The position numbers and the translations under genes were made by a program. The notes beneath the pieces were generated by a model. The model was not told where the DNA came from. It was given only the letters and a program-made list of their open reading frames with translations, and ran no database searches. A DNA stretch of 63,094 nucleotides, counting the filler, from Pelomyxa schiedti (taxonomy: Eukaryota > Protista > Evosea): the NCBI GenBank assembly GCA_020536535.1. It is 15 parts of 15 records of this genome, joined end to end, with 100 filler letters (N's around TTAATTAATTAA, not from the genome) between each part and the next. Parts side by side here need not be neighbours in the genome. Positions count along the whole stretch, not along the records: positions 20,232 to 26,206 come from JAHLWZ010001459.1; positions 26,307 to 29,914 come from JAHLWZ010001723.1; positions 30,015 to 33,647 come from JAHLWZ010001715.1; positions 33,748 to 38,778 come from JAHLWZ010001528.1; 11 more parts are not named here. One strand, 5' to 3'. Of the stretch, positions 22,668-35,580 are shown one piece after another. Numbering within the stretch: the stretch's first letter is position 1; each line of letters starts with the position of its first letter.

Positions 22668-24535
22668 CACCGGGGGGCGAGTCAAGTGAGAAAAACAGAA
22701 TTTTTTAGTGGGCAAGGCAGGGTGAAGCGGCCCGATTTTGCCGGGAATTGTTGATGTTTTGTGCCGCGGGGCGGTTGGCGCGGCGCCGCGGCGGCAGCGC
22801 GGCGTGTGTGTTCGTTGAATCGGGTCTCGCCGCGGCTGCGCGGCCTTGACATAAATGGCATGTTTGGGGTTGTGGAGACTGTGCAGTGACTTGCCTCTTT
22901 GTTTATCTCCACTACCATCAAAAAAATCGCTGCTACGAGGGGAGACCATGCCGCCCTGGGGTGAAGAGGAACAAGCGGTACCCGCCTTGTCTCTTCCATC
23001 ACGTCGTTCCATCTAATATTAATTGTTTTATTTCTGAATCAATTAAATTAATTTATATATTGTGGCGGGGAGCCGCGGAGGGGTGGTTAGAGCTATAGTA
23101 CTGGGGTAGCCCAAATTTCTAACCGAGGTACCTTTGCCACATATATTAAATATTTAATATATATTTTATTTATTAATTATTTATTATTAATTTAATTAAA
23201 AGTAATTTTTTACGCATTTACGCCTTGTAATAAGGCCCACAGCATTGCCGCACCCCTTTAATGTATTTCCGAGCCTTCCACTGGTATGTGGCTTCTTGTT
23301 TCTTTGTTTTCTTTTTCCCATAGCGCTGGGACACTGGTATGCTTTTTTTTTTTTTTTACACTTAGGTGGTCAACTTGCCTGCTGCTGCTGACATGACAAC
23401 CACCGACGTACATCCTTCTCCTTTTTTGTAATTGCTGAACAGTTGTAGGTACCGGACTGACCAACCCCAACTTCCCTAACCCACTCTCCCGCTTTTCCGC
23501 TTTCCAACTACCACACTTTGTTGTGACGGGTGCACAACCAGGCCCAAATTTCCCTTCTTACTCTTTCACTCTCATGCGTACCCACAACGCCCACTTCTCT
23601 CCAAAATGTGGATTTAAAAAAACGAGGCACGATTTTGTATCCAAGGACTTAAGGGTGGAAAACTTTTTTTTTTTGCCTGAAGTCGATTTCGACTTCAGGC
23701 TTGTACATAGAGGTGTGAGGTGAGGAGTGGTGCCCATTCTGGTACCTAGTACGTTGAGTGGGGTGACGAGGGGGGAGGGATGAGCGTTGGCGGTTGCCAT
23801 CTCGGAAGCTGGCGCAACTGTAAAAAAAAAAAAAGAACCATACCACCGCGCCAGTATAATAAAATACAGAAGGAAGTTACCTAGCCAGCTGGGATTACAG
23901 ACACCACGTCCAGCACCTAAATTATCCTCACGTGAGCAAACGAAGAAAGAAGAAGCCACATACTGGTGGAAAGCTGCCGTAAATACTGGTGTAATGCGGA
24001 GACTTCTAATACAGGTTGAATGGAAAAAAGAACTGGAGGCGTAATTATACTTATTTAATAATTTTAAACTTAATAATTAATAATTTTAATTAATAATAAA
24101 GAAGTTAATGCATTATAATTATTTAAAAATAAATTCGTTAAATAATAAAATTCAAAACACAATATTTATCCAATAAATAAAATAGCTAACAAACAAGTTG
24201 TGGCGAAGAAGACAACAAAAAGCAAATGGGTTCTGCTTGTCCACTTGTTCCTCTTCACCACTGGCGGCATGGCCTCCCCTCGTCGTTTTTTTTGTGGTTC
24301 TTGCGATAATCAAAAGACACAAGCCACTGAACAATCACCAAAACCCATTTATGTCAAGGCCGCGCAGCCGCGGCGAGACCCGATTCAACGAACACACACG
24401 CCGCGCTGCCGCCGCGGCGCCGCGCCAACCGCCCCGCGGCACAAAACATCAACAATTCCCGGCAAAATCGGGCCGCTTCACCCTGCCTTGCTCACTAAAA
24501 AATTCTGTTTTTCTCATTTGACTTGCACTCCGGTG
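22668..24535. mobile_element. 1.87-kb long-inverted-repeat element (TIRs ~190 bp near-identical, weaker to ~310 bp), TA flanks, no transposase
   Basis: 22668-22858 is the reverse complement of 24344-24535; further match 22936-22979 / 24241-24283; AT-rich blocks lie inside each arm. Confidence 0.7.
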
Positions 24536-24584
24536 TAAATCTTCACAGGGACAAGCTCCAACTCGGTCAACATCACCCGTCTCT

Positions 24585-25886
24585 TTGCCCAACAAATGTC
24601 TTTCACGGAACCAACAACAACAGCCCAGCTGGCAGACGACAACGGAGGGTTTGCCACCGGCACCACCCCGGGTTTATGGGACACTTCGAGCCGTCGACCA
24701 ATTCGTTGCACTGTGCGTTGTGTCGCATCCAAGGTGCGGTTGGTGTCGCTCCTCGTCGGCGCCATCGTCCGATGCAATAAACGCAGTGAGGTTGGTGTGG
24801 GAGCTGGTGAAAGACACGCGCCGACGGTTCGCAGTCGGGCCTTACAACCTTTCGCGCGGCATCTACTGGCTGATCATGTTCGAGGTGTCTCCACTTGTTC
24901 TCGGGCTCGTCGGCCGGGACCCCGTGGCCACAACCGACGGCCGGAGAGCAAGGTGCGGGTGCTGGGCGCCCGGCGTGGAGTGGGTCGACAGCAGGAGGCG
25001 CCTGATGCCGCCGCCGTTCGTGCTGTATGACTCTGCCACCGGCGGCGAGGTGTCACTGTTCCCGGGAGCCGTGCAGCAACAGCCGCTGGGGGGCGGCCCC
25101 GTGCACGCGGCGAATCACGCGTGGCTTGTGGCGGGCGGATTCGAAGGTGATTTCCTTCTGAAGGAAGGGATGCTGGGGCTGTCGATTGGGAGGCTGGCGG
25201 ACAAGGAGCCTGGCGCCACGTCTGTCGTTGTCAGGACTGGGTACTCCGCTGCGACTCACAAAGTGGCTTGGCTTTTATTCAGCAAGTCGGCGGCGAACGA
25301 GGTCGTTGCTGTGGTGAAGAGCAGTGACACACAGGAGAATTATGTGTTTGTGGTGATTGATGTTGAGAGGTCATTCAGTTCCCAGTCCTTGTGTTTGTTG
25401 AGTGAAACAAGGGTTGAGTTGGAGCATGGAAATTACCTCTGGAGCTTCACCACCATTTTGGTGTACAGAGCTTGTTGCAGGTGTTTCATTGTGAAAGCTT
25501 TTTTGCCCACTTGTCACTGCATCCAATTTGCAGAGAACAACCCAAACGTGGTCGTTCTACCACACACAGTGGATGCGAAGAGCATGACGACACTGAGTTC
25601 ACATCTGTTTGCTGTTGTAACTAAGACCAGAAAACCAAGCCGTTGTTGGCTGTGTGACATCTGGGACTGCAACGATTTGACAAAGCCACTTATGAGAGTT
25701 ACAAGCGACATCAAGTTACACACAGCAGAAGCAGAATCAGGGTTTTTGTTTTCACTTGATGGTGATCAATTGAGGGTGATTGAACCACTCAGTGGCATCA
25801 CCGTGCTCCGTGCGACTCTCCCTTTTACAGAGCCCAATGCGCTTGGTTCTCCATTTTGTTTGAACGAAGCTTATGGGGTCCCATAA
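24585..25886 (+). CDS. Lineage-specific HPRCG-motif protein with beta-rich (propeller-like) body
   Basis: 433-codon ORF with DQFVALCVVSHPRCG...VRLVWE. The nearest ATG (24596) is in a different frame, so a 5' frameshift is possible. Confidence 0.6.
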   Translation: MPNKCLSRNQQQQPSWQTTTEGLPPAPPRVYGTLRAVDQFVALCVVSHPRCGWCRSSSAPSSDAINAVRLVWELVKDTRRRFAVGPYNLSRGIYWLIMFEVSPLVLGLVGRDPVATTDGRRARCGCWAPGVEWVDSRRRLMPPPFVLYDSATGGEVSLFPGAVQQQPLGGGPVHAANHAWLVAGGFEGDFLLKEGMLGLSIGRLADKEPGATSVVVRTGYSAATHKVAWLLFSKSAANEVVAVVKSSDTQENYVFVVIDVERSFSSQSLCLLSETRVELEHGNYLWSFTTILVYRACCRCFIVKAFLPTCHCIQFAENNPNVVVLPHTVDAKSMTTLSSHLFAVVTKTRKPSRCWLCDIWDCNDLTKPLMRVTSDIKLHTAEAESGFLFSLDGDQLRVIEPLSGITVLRATLPFTEPNALGSPFCLNEAYGVP

Positions 25887-25971
25887 GATGTTGTTTACTA
25901 TTTGAGGATTTGTCGTACATCGTAGCTTTTTAGGTATCAACGGAAAATGATGTGACTGAGAGGAATGAAAT

Positions 25972-26206
25972 TCAAATTGTGGCACTGAAGAAACAAGGAG
26001 GAGTGAGGGGTACAGGGATTACAGCAATGCGTGTGCCATTCACACCATCATGAACAACGAAATTAACATGCGGCAACACACTGCTGCTGCGATGTGATGT
26101 CGACGCAATCAGGTGGTGGCCTGATGGTGACCCAATGATCTGCGTGCAGGCCCAAGTGCAGGGCACACACAGCGATGGATTTGTGAGCTTCTGGTTGATG
26201 TGGTTA
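25972..26206 (-). CDS. 3' end of a beta-rich lineage-specific protein
   Basis: FVVHDGVNGTRIAVIP resembles the C-terminus of the neighbouring ORF (LRVIEPLSGITVLRA). Confidence 0.3.
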
Positions 26207-26306
26207 NNNNNNNNNNNNNNNNNNNNNNNNNNNNNNNNNNNNNNNNNNNNTTAATTAATTAANNNNNNNNNNNNNNNNNNNNNNNNNNNNNNNNNNNNNN
26301 NNNNNN

Positions 26307-28854
26307 GATGAAGATTGGGTAGTTGTTTGTGTTGAAGGCCGTGGAGGTGGGCGCGACGGCGGGTCGAGGTAAGGTTGATTATCCCTGAAGATGATGACTG
26401 TGATGTCGTTTCCGATATGCCGCTTCTTTTCCACTTGCTGCGGATCGATTTTTTTGTGGGGCAACAACGTGGAAACGTGAAACATGATCTGTACTCCCTG
26501 GAACTCGGTAAAAACGCTGTGAATTCCGGTTTCATTATCTGAAAACGTGAGGAAAATACAATATTGATGGGAGAGGACTATGAATGTCAAGTCCTGCGCG
26601 GTATCTCCCCCAGCCTTGCAATTCAATTCTTGTTCCCACTGTGTCCAAGAACTGTTGGAATTGCTCGCTGCCTTTCTCTAGGGGGTGTGTGAAAACAGAG
26701 TGAAGGAACGCATAATATACCATTGTTTAGAATCTCAGCTTCTGATGTCTGTCCGAACCTACAATATATAACGCCAATTCTGAAGCAATTGTTTTGTTGA
26801 ATTTGACTGTCTTCAAAGTGCCTCAAACGACTGTTTAACGCTGCGATTTGGAGGCCGGGTTTATTTTGGGCTTTGCATTTCTTAATGGTGGGGAGGTTGA
26901 CGGTTTTAATCAACTGTGCCCATTTTTTCAACTTAAGCACACTTGGGGTAGATTTAAGAACTGAGCAGTCTAAGAACACTTTGTAATCGTTCTGAAGAAA
27001 GGTCAAAAGATTTGCAGTGCCGTTGAATAAATATGCAAACTTTCTTTGTTCGAAATATCAGCCTCATAGTTTTAGTTTCTTCGTCATACAGGAGGGATGC
27101 AATGAACTCTCCTTCTTCGCACTTACCAAAGAAATGTACATGGTCTTGATGTCCAGTTACTTAAGTAAATGTGGGAGCAGAACTCACCTTTTGTGAAGAA
27201 ATCTTTATACCATGGCTCCTAAAGAATATTGAGATGGCAGGCTAGGAGATTTTGGTATAAAAAACCCTTGAAAGGGGATCACCCAAGGAAACACTTGATG
27301 ATAGGAGATCACTTGCATCACCATCAAGAATTCTAAAGGCCGGATGGTGGAGGACAAGGTCACCCAAACTTGTGCACTGAGGTGAGGTGAAGGGTAACTC
27401 AAAGGACTTGAGGGAGTACTTGTTGACACAGTATATGACCAGTAGGCTGAGGTTGATTTAATTGAGTTAGACCAGGATCGACGGCCTGAGAGTCGGGTTA
27501 TTACATAGAAGGGTACAATGGCACCACAGTACCACTTTTGATTCCGCTTCTTTGTGCTTCCAAAACATCAATCTATCGCGTGCAGCTGACATCTTCCGTG
27601 GAGATAGTGCTGCAGAATCTCGTGGAGATAGTACTGTATCTCGTGGAGATAGTTGTGATTCAGAATTTCGTGGTGATTGTTGTAATCCCGATTCCCGGGG
27701 AGATAGGTGTAATGTTAGCTCTGATGAAATATCCCGTGGCGATAGTTGTGCCATCTGAGTTGGGGAATTTCGTGGCGATACCACCGAGGTGGGTTGGAGA
27801 GTATCCTCAACAGCGACAGCCTTGTGGTCTACAGTTCCACTTGTAGGATTTTGGGATGCACGACGAGGGGATCTGGAAGGTGAAGGAGATGGCGGATAGG
27901 CATGCACTTTAGAGGGGGTGCCTAATTTGGAGGCTGCTGGGGGAGGTACAAGAACTTCGGTTGTCTGCAGTTCCAATACATTTTCCGCACCCTTCGTTTC
28001 TGTACCGGAGCCGTCATGCTGACTGGTTTGTGCATTGCCGATAATAGGAGGTGGAATTGAAATCGGGGGAACAGCGGCGCTAGGACTGCCTAGAGTAGAG
28101 TTGAGTGCTCTGCCTGCGCTTATAACGTAACTAGAGTCGGAATTAGTACTATGCCGGCGAAGTCTTGGTGGTGATGATGATTGGTCGGTGGGTAGAAGGC
28201 TTATATCCCGGATATTGGTATATACTGTCGTGTTGGTGCCCGGGGGTGCACAAAGCACCTGCTTTGCAGAGCTCGATGTACATTGGTCCATTCGTTCGGC
28301 CTGTAGAGCCTGAGTTCTCATCATGTCCAAGTCCCGCTTAGAAAGTAGAACAAGGTCAACGCAGTCACTTGTTACCAGTACTTCCAGCACGGATGGATGG
28401 CTGGAAACAAACTTCTTCCATTCAATGTCAAGTGGGTGAACTTGGCCATCTACTTTCAATCCTAGGACAGAATCCAGCCTACTTATATGCAGTTTGCTAG
28501 ATCCAACAGCTTTGTAAAAATCTGCCTAGTGAGAAAAGGAACGAAATGAGAACCAGGACAACAACAACAACAAAAAAAAAAGTCCATCAAAAAAATACCT
28601 TCATTTTATCCACAGTAACCCCTGCACTAAACCTCAGGGTGCATCTCTCAGTCTCAGCACCCAACTTGGTGGCGCCGGGTTCGGCATTTGGCTGCCCACC
28701 ATACTCCAGCTGGAGTAAGAAATAACTCAAGTCAGACCATCGACAACATCAGCAGCATTATGGGAGGGGTACACACGTTCGTCGTGAAGGTAAGGTCCCC
28801 AACGGAGCACGACGAGCGCGAGTGAGTCTTTTTGTTGCTCCACTCGTTTGCCAT
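26307..28854 (-). CDS. Rap/Ran-GAP domain protein, 3' truncated
   Basis: FRIGVIYCRFGQTSEAEILNN, LQGWGRYRAGLD, IMFHVSTLLP...QQVEKKRHIGND with the catalytic Asn retained; multi-exon. Confidence 0.9.
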
Positions 28855-29025
28855 CACAAACAACGAAAAACTTTTTTCGTGAAAGTGGATCTGCGTTGTG
28901 ATGGAGGGAAATTAAAAGTGGAGATTTCCCCCCAACATCAAGGAACAACCTTCGGGGTGGTGTTTTCGCTAAGTGTTTTATTATTGTGTAATTCGATAAG
29001 ACTGAGGGGGGAGGGTTGGTGCTGG

Positions 29026-29914
29026 TCAGTGGTTGCTGGTGGTGTTCTGGTTTGTATCAGTGAGCCAGCACTGCTGGTAATATCCAACAAAGTGTGTGCT
29101 GAAGTTGGTGATGTCGGCCATTGTCACATCAGGGAAGTGCCTCAGAGTGAACTGTGAAATGACAGGTGAATGGCACGCGGGCTTGGGGAACTTCTCCTTG
29201 ATGATGGCGGCTGTGATGCCTGGGAACACTTCAACAATCATCTGCCATGTCGCCAAGTCAAACCCCAAAAGGAATGAGGGAGGGCCCCATGACAACCTCA
29301 AAACCTGATGATTCAGTCAACAAAGAAAAGGATGAATTAATAGTTGTACCTCGTCGAATGTAATGTTGAACTTGTTGATGAGCCACTCTGCGCAGCACTC
29401 TTGTCCCCACGAAATAAGATTGAACAGGATCTTGTTGTTGTCAGCTGTGATGTGTTCCCGTTGCAGTTGAAACTCTGTGATCAGCCACTTCAATCCTTTG
29501 CTGGATACAGGGCCAGTTGCAGTTGAAAGGCACTTTGAGACATCCTCCTTGGTCAATCTGTGTGTATCCATGATGGATACAATCCTTTTTACTTGGGGTA
29601 AAGAGTTAACAACAGTTTCCCGGAGAGCAAGTGTGAGGAGGCTTGATCTTTCCTGTTTGGGTATCATTGGGAACTTTTCAAGGAGAAGGAGGGCTGCCCT
29701 GGTTGACTTGTTGTTTCGCAGAAGATCACCAACACAGTCCACTGCTTGATCAGAAGGGATGCATTTGGTATCGATGCGGTTCAGGAGCCACTCCAAACCA
29801 GCTGTTCTTCCAGCATAACAGGGCATCCTTTCACACACCCTCACAAGGAGTTTCCCAGCAGCCGTGGCTCCCTGATGGCGATCCAAGATGTGGTGGGAAT
29901 CTTCCAACCATGAT
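29026..29914 (-). CDS. C-terminal part of a lineage-specific ankyrin-like repeat protein
   Basis: GLKWLITEFQL...CCAEWLINKFNITFDEV|DLATWQMIVEVFPGIT, shared with 11383-11805 and 59721-60562. Confidence 0.65.
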
Positions 29915-30401
29915 NNNNNNNNNNNNNNNNNNNNNNNNNNNNNNNNNNNNNNNNNNNNTTAATTAATTAANNNNNNNNNNNNNNNNNNNNNNNNNNNNNN
30001 NNNNNNNNNNNNNNTCGATGTTAAACTGACAAACAACAACAAAAAAGGAAATTACCCTCGGAGGGTGTCGGACCCACTCATTGTGTTTGGGATCATTTTT
30101 GGCGCGATTCCACTTTGGTGCATCAGTGTCTCCCCCTGGGAGGAGTATCATACGAGTTACGCCAAAGTATTCTCCACAACGCCATCCGATGGCGAGGGTA
30201 ATGTTTGGCCTGCGGGGTACCCTGAGTAAAACGAAGAAATTCTGGTGCCATGCATTATGGGTCCAGTTCTGCTTTTTGTACTCAGAGTTTCGGCTGTGGC
30301 GGGTAGCATCATTTCCTATGTGTTGGTAGTGGCCCTTGTGCCTCCAGACTCATTCACCTAGTTGCTCAAGATCAGAAACATTCCCAACTCGAAACTAGGT
30401 G

Positions 30402-31736
30402 ATGCAACCACTTGTAGCGTACGGCGACAGCGACTCGGAAAACGACGGCGACGGTGCCCCGCCCTCGGCAGCCACCCAAAACCACAACCACGATGGACGC
30501 GACTCTCGTTCATCGCCGTTGTACAGCGGATCTGCCTCCGCAACAACGCCATCTCCCCGTGTCACGACCACAACCAAACCACTACGACACACAAACACAG
30601 CACAACCGCCACCACCACGTGGCGGCGCCACGCAGCAGCAGCACCACCACCAACAGCACCACCACCAACAGCAGCAGCCCGAAGCCGCCGCCACCACCAA
30701 TCAGCCCGTGATGTTCAAGGTGCCCATCGACGTGCGGTCCCTCCACGACGACGATGACGACGACGACGCGGGCATAAGGGACACGCCGGCCACGGCGCCG
30801 GCGCGCGCGTCGCTGTCGAGCCTGCTCCCCGCCCCCAAGAACTCGCCGTCTCCCCAGCCGCAGGCACAGCCCGGCAGCTCCGCAAAGCCGCGGGGCAGCA
30901 GCAGCAAGAGACGCGGCACAGCAGCAGCCAGGGTGGGGTCTGTTTCTGCGAACGAGCTGGAGAAGGGCCTGGGGCTGGGAGGGGGAGGGGGAGAAGGGGA
31001 GGGTGAGGGAGTTGGGTTTGTGGAGCCCCCTAGCAAGGTGGGCAGGGTGGCGTACTCGGGGCCTCCGGGGGGGGTTATGCCACACACAAGGACCATGGAG
31101 TCAATCAACGCAATGCAGAAGCAGCGGGAGATGGCGGAGCTAATGCAACCGAAAGGGAATCAGCAGGCACAGCAGCAGCAGCAACAACAAGCTCAACCTG
31201 CTGAGGACGATGTTGATGCGCTCAATCCTAGATATGACCCTAATGCACCCCCTCCGCAGCCTACGAAAAAGTAAACCCAAACTATATTAGTTGCGTTTTT
31301 CTAATATACTATCTAGGGACCGTTCTCTACCACCACTTCCGGCTGAGGTATTCCCATTCCCGTTTCTCCCCTTTCTTATTATCCGTCAGTTCCTTAGAAA
31401 GAACACAAACACAGCTCCCCAAGTTGTAGAAATCAGTGCCGATGACCTTGTAAAGAAGTCTTATGCAGACCAGTCAGCCGCACTTCCAACCGGTTTCATT
31501 GCGGTGCGTTGCGCTTCCCACAAAACAGTACTAACAGACTTTCTAATGGCACACCACAGAACATGCCTAAAGTGCTCATGCCAACACTAGACCTCCTTCC
31601 AAACACTATGGCCAAGAGAAGGCACCAAATAGGATACCTCGCACACCAAATGCAAGAACGCGAAGCAGAACTCTCCCTCAAACGAATGCAATGCAGAAAA
31701 ACCAAGTCCCAAACACAAGGCAGGTACGGCTGGTGA
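30402..31736 (+). CDS. PRCC: PRCC-like proline-rich protein
   Basis: N-terminal LVAYGDSDSE, SLLPAPKN, and C-terminal KRRHQIGYLAHQMQEREAEL...TQGRYGW* match the PRCC termini. Confidence 0.85.
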
Positions 31737-31964
31737 CCATGTCAGTCTTTAGCCCAGCCTTCCATTCCCAATTCCAAACAAAAAACAAGCTTGTTTGTAA
31801 ACATGACTTTCTTGATTGTGTGGTGTTTCTATTGATGATTCTTTTTCGGGAAAACTTCTTTCTCTGGATGTCAACGGAGAGTCGAGCGGGTTGTTTTTGG
31901 CGACAAGCACCTTGCGGTCGCCGTCAGGGGTTTTTTTTTCCCTCGGCAGCGATCACAAACAAGT

Positions 31965-32224
31965 ATGGCCACCACAGGGCCACAGCCCCAACGCACACCT
32001 CCAATTCGAGTCGAAGGAGCCACAACTGCGCACAAATGGTGTCACTGATGCTTGCGGTCCACCCGCGATGCGGCGCGCACACCGCCCTCGCCCTCCTCCT
32101 CCTCCTCTGGGGGTACTCCCCTGTCGACGCCGGGGGAACGTTCCTGCGCGCCCTGTGGTCCGACTACATCGCGGCCACCCAGGTGTATGTACTGTGGAAA
32201 CAGTACACTCCAGGTGGGTGGTGA
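31965..32224 (+). pseudogene. Truncated, frameshifted HPRCG-motif family gene
   Basis: The ATG frame (MATTGPQP...TTA) shifts to AQMVSLMLAVHPRCG...LRALWSDYI and then ends. Confidence 0.5.
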
Positions 32225-33172
32225 TGTTCTCTTGCACTGGGGGTGAGGAGGGCACTGTGGTCATCACCAAGGTTGTTGATTTGGCTGGGATGAAGTTTGC
32301 TTGCACTTCAATCCCATCAAATTGAGTACCTAAATCCCAGCCACTGAGTTCAACAGGATTTTTCCAGTTGTAGCAGAAACTTCATGAGTGGTGTTGCACT
32401 GGCAGATGATCTTTGAGTTTATAGCATCAATAATTGACCCATTACCTCAAATACCCCTGTGATAATTGGTATTGACAAATATTTTAGTACTGGGGTGCAT
32501 AACTAGTTGGATGAAAAGAGAAGTGACACTCTTGAAACAAGATATAAGGTAGGGTATGTACTTCTGTACAAGCCCTAACATGGAAGTAAAGAAGCCCACA
32601 AAGGCATGTGCAGTGTCAGAGGGGGAATTAAGACCATCTTGTATCCACTACAAGATTACAAGGTGGAATGAATGCAAAAGAAAAGGAATCAAGGTTGGTG
32701 GGCACTGGTGTGTTAACCTCAGGAGTTGCCCTTATATTATATAAGCTTGTTAGAGGTTTCTCTGCAATTAGAGCAACAAAGATTAAGAAATCACCTTGAT
32801 TCCTTTTCTTCTGTGTTCATGCCACCTTATAATCTTGTAGTGGATATGTTGAGCAAGGTCTTCCTGAAACAAAATTAGAGTGATGTGATGACTGTAAATA
32901 AACCTCAGCCCTTGGGTTGTTCCACAGATCATGCTTTATTGATTCATTGGTATATGTGTGAATAATATTTTTGATATCTTGCTGCTGATCATTGAGTACA
33001 ATCTCTGTATTCTTTGGAAATTTCGTTGTCAGGCTCAAGTTCCTTTTGCAGTTTGCTTTTTCTTGTCTCAGAATCTGTTACATTAAACCCTCAGAACAAC
33101 AAAGGTTTGTTTAGACACAATTTTTTTTACCAACAAGGCATTGGCCAGACAGTGGCCATTTGGTTGGTTGAA

Positions 33173-33647
33173 TCATAGCCTTTGTTTGTGTTGGATTGGT
33201 GATCTGCAGTATGGGCACTTTCTCACAAACGTAGCACACTGTATGGTGTGTTTGTTGTGCATAAAGAATGTCAAGAAATAACATACATCAGAGCACAGGA
33301 CTGTGTGACCACATGGATGCAGGCAAATGTTGCGTGGCCTCTCATCACACTCAATGCACATCCTACCTTGGTTACTTCCACCATCCATGACTGCTCTGAT
33401 TGGAGTTTCAGTGGCTGTAGGCTGGCTTTTGTTTTGGTCACACACTTGCTGGCTGATGCTGCTGATTTGAACTGAAGAAGAGGCAGAAGAGGCTGTTGTT
33501 GACTTGGCAACCAAAACATCAGTGAGGGATTGTTGTGCCTGTGGGAGGAGCTCAGAGAGTTCAGACAACACACCAGGGCACCCAACGAACTGGTCATCAC
33601 CCTCCAGGCTGCGCCTCACCATCTGCTTGTGCTTGTTCTTGATGTTC
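33173..33647 (-). CDS. 3' end of a RING (C3HC4) E3 ligase, paralog of the MORN-RING gene
   Basis: CIECDERPRNICLHPCGHTVLCSD|CATFVRKCPYCRSPI with one intron. Confidence 0.85.
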
Positions 33648-33747
33648 NNNNNNNNNNNNNNNNNNNNNNNNNNNNNNNNNNNNNNNNNNNNTTAATTAAT
33701 TAANNNNNNNNNNNNNNNNNNNNNNNNNNNNNNNNNNNNNNNNNNNN

Positions 33748-35433
33748 CAGGCTCGGCGGATGCACGCCACAGCTTGTGATTGGGCAATCTCGGGGTAGTT
33801 GACAGATATCCACTTGACAGCTGCCATGTTTCCGTTGGAGGTGTATATTTCCAGTGGTGTGCGTGGGCCGTTATCGGGGTCGTCGGTGGTGGCGAGTTGT
33901 AAATCACTTGGGGTGATGTAGGCCTTTGCAAGGAACCATTTCAGCACATCCAGGGAGTCCTGCGCACAAAACATGCGAAATACTTTGTTTTGAGCGTCAT
34001 GAAGGCTCACAGGATCGAGATTGCGTTCCTCAAAAAGCCACTGAAGGAAAGGAATTACATTCTTTTGGGCGGACTTTGCAACACAAGGCAAGAGCACACT
34101 TGGTTCTACCTGCATGAGTGGGGGATACTTTGCGGTTACCCACTTGATTGTTTCAATATTTCCACAGATGCAAATCTGTTGAAGGATAGGATTGGATAGT
34201 AGTGCTGAAGAAGTTGGGTCAAAGGGACCATATTTTGTCTCCAGAAATTTGGCAACTCCCAAGAAACCTTCTTTCAAGCTGACCATGAAGGAAGGCCAAA
34301 CGGAGGCTGTATCATAAGTTACTTTTTCACATATGAACTTGACTGATTCAAAGTGCCCTTTCCTGCATGCCGCAGTCAAGAGCGACTTGCTGGTACTAGG
34401 AAAAGTATCACAGAGCCACTCCACGAAATCGAGGTGACTTGTCTCAGCAAAGTCCATGGACGTGAGGTACGATCCTGATGTCCAGGTATACTTAAACTTG
34501 GCTGTAAACCAATTGGCCATTTTGACACTTCCAGCATGCAGAAGGCGGTAAACAATCTCCGCGTTGTTCTCCAGTATGTCATTTTGATCAACTTCAAACT
34601 GGGTGCAGAACCACTCCGCGAATTCAGGGTTCCCACTCCCAAAAGCCAGCCTGAGAAGGTATGCAAAATTCTTGGTGATTTCGGTGTTGTCTCGCGTCAG
34701 CCCATAAGTAGATACTAGCCACTGAAACATATCCAATTGATCATACTGGAGGACCTCCAGTATAGAGGGGTGTTTGCCCAGTAGGACATCATGACCTGCC
34801 GTCACTCCATATTTTTCCACAAGAAACTTGCACGCCTCCAGCTGTCCTTCCTCGCAGGAATAAACGAAGGCATCAGCCACTTCATCACTAGATAGTGGGA
34901 ACTTGGATGCCACCCACTTGGCGTAATCCATTTGACCACTGGTGCACGACCAGTGCATAATCACAGAGCCGCGTGAAAATTCTCCTAATACAATTGACGT
35001 TGTATCGTCCGGGAAATGAGAAAGAAGCCACTCTGTCACCCGTCGGCAACCGTAGGTAGCGCAAAGAGCTAGCGCTAGTTCTATACTACCATCAGCAGCT
35101 GCCATTATTTTTTTCCCAGCCAAGGCAATCAACCTATAGTCAGAGCACATAAGTTAGTAACACTGATGCATCATTGAGTATTTGTCAAAAGGAAAGACAC
35201 AACACGGGAAAAAGGCTTCTGCGATATGCAAGAGTGTTCCCATTTTCTGCTCCTCTTCCTTGTTTTGTAGAGAGGCTTCATCCTCTGAGTCCCAGGGAAT
35301 GAGACACGTGTGTGGTGGCAGTGCCACAGTCCACAAGACTTTAGATGCCCAAACAATCCAGGCACTAGTTCCCGGTTCTGGTGGGCGCTCCATCCCAACG
35401 ACGTTGTAAATATGATCATTGTTCTTGATCATT
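33748..35433 (-). CDS. Degenerate ankyrin-like repeat protein, 3' truncated
   Basis: Repeats of the form AC..GHLE.(V)K(W/F)L..K(Y/F); N-terminal WASKVLW...AEAFFP motif shared with 58038. Confidence 0.75.
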
Positions 35434-35580
35434 AGTCGAAGAGTCTCACCAAGAGTGACCAACTCAAGAGAAGGAGGAAAGTGGACAACCAACCGATTAC
35501 ATCCCTCTTCTTATGGGTTGGTGCTTCTTCAGGGATCTCTGAGTGATCATCATGTTCCAGTCTCTTCCTAGCCGAAATTG

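Noticed and set aside
32300-33100. Possible Mutator/FAR1-like fragment
   Set aside because: Only scattered Cys and Trp residues; no catalytic motif or TIR found.
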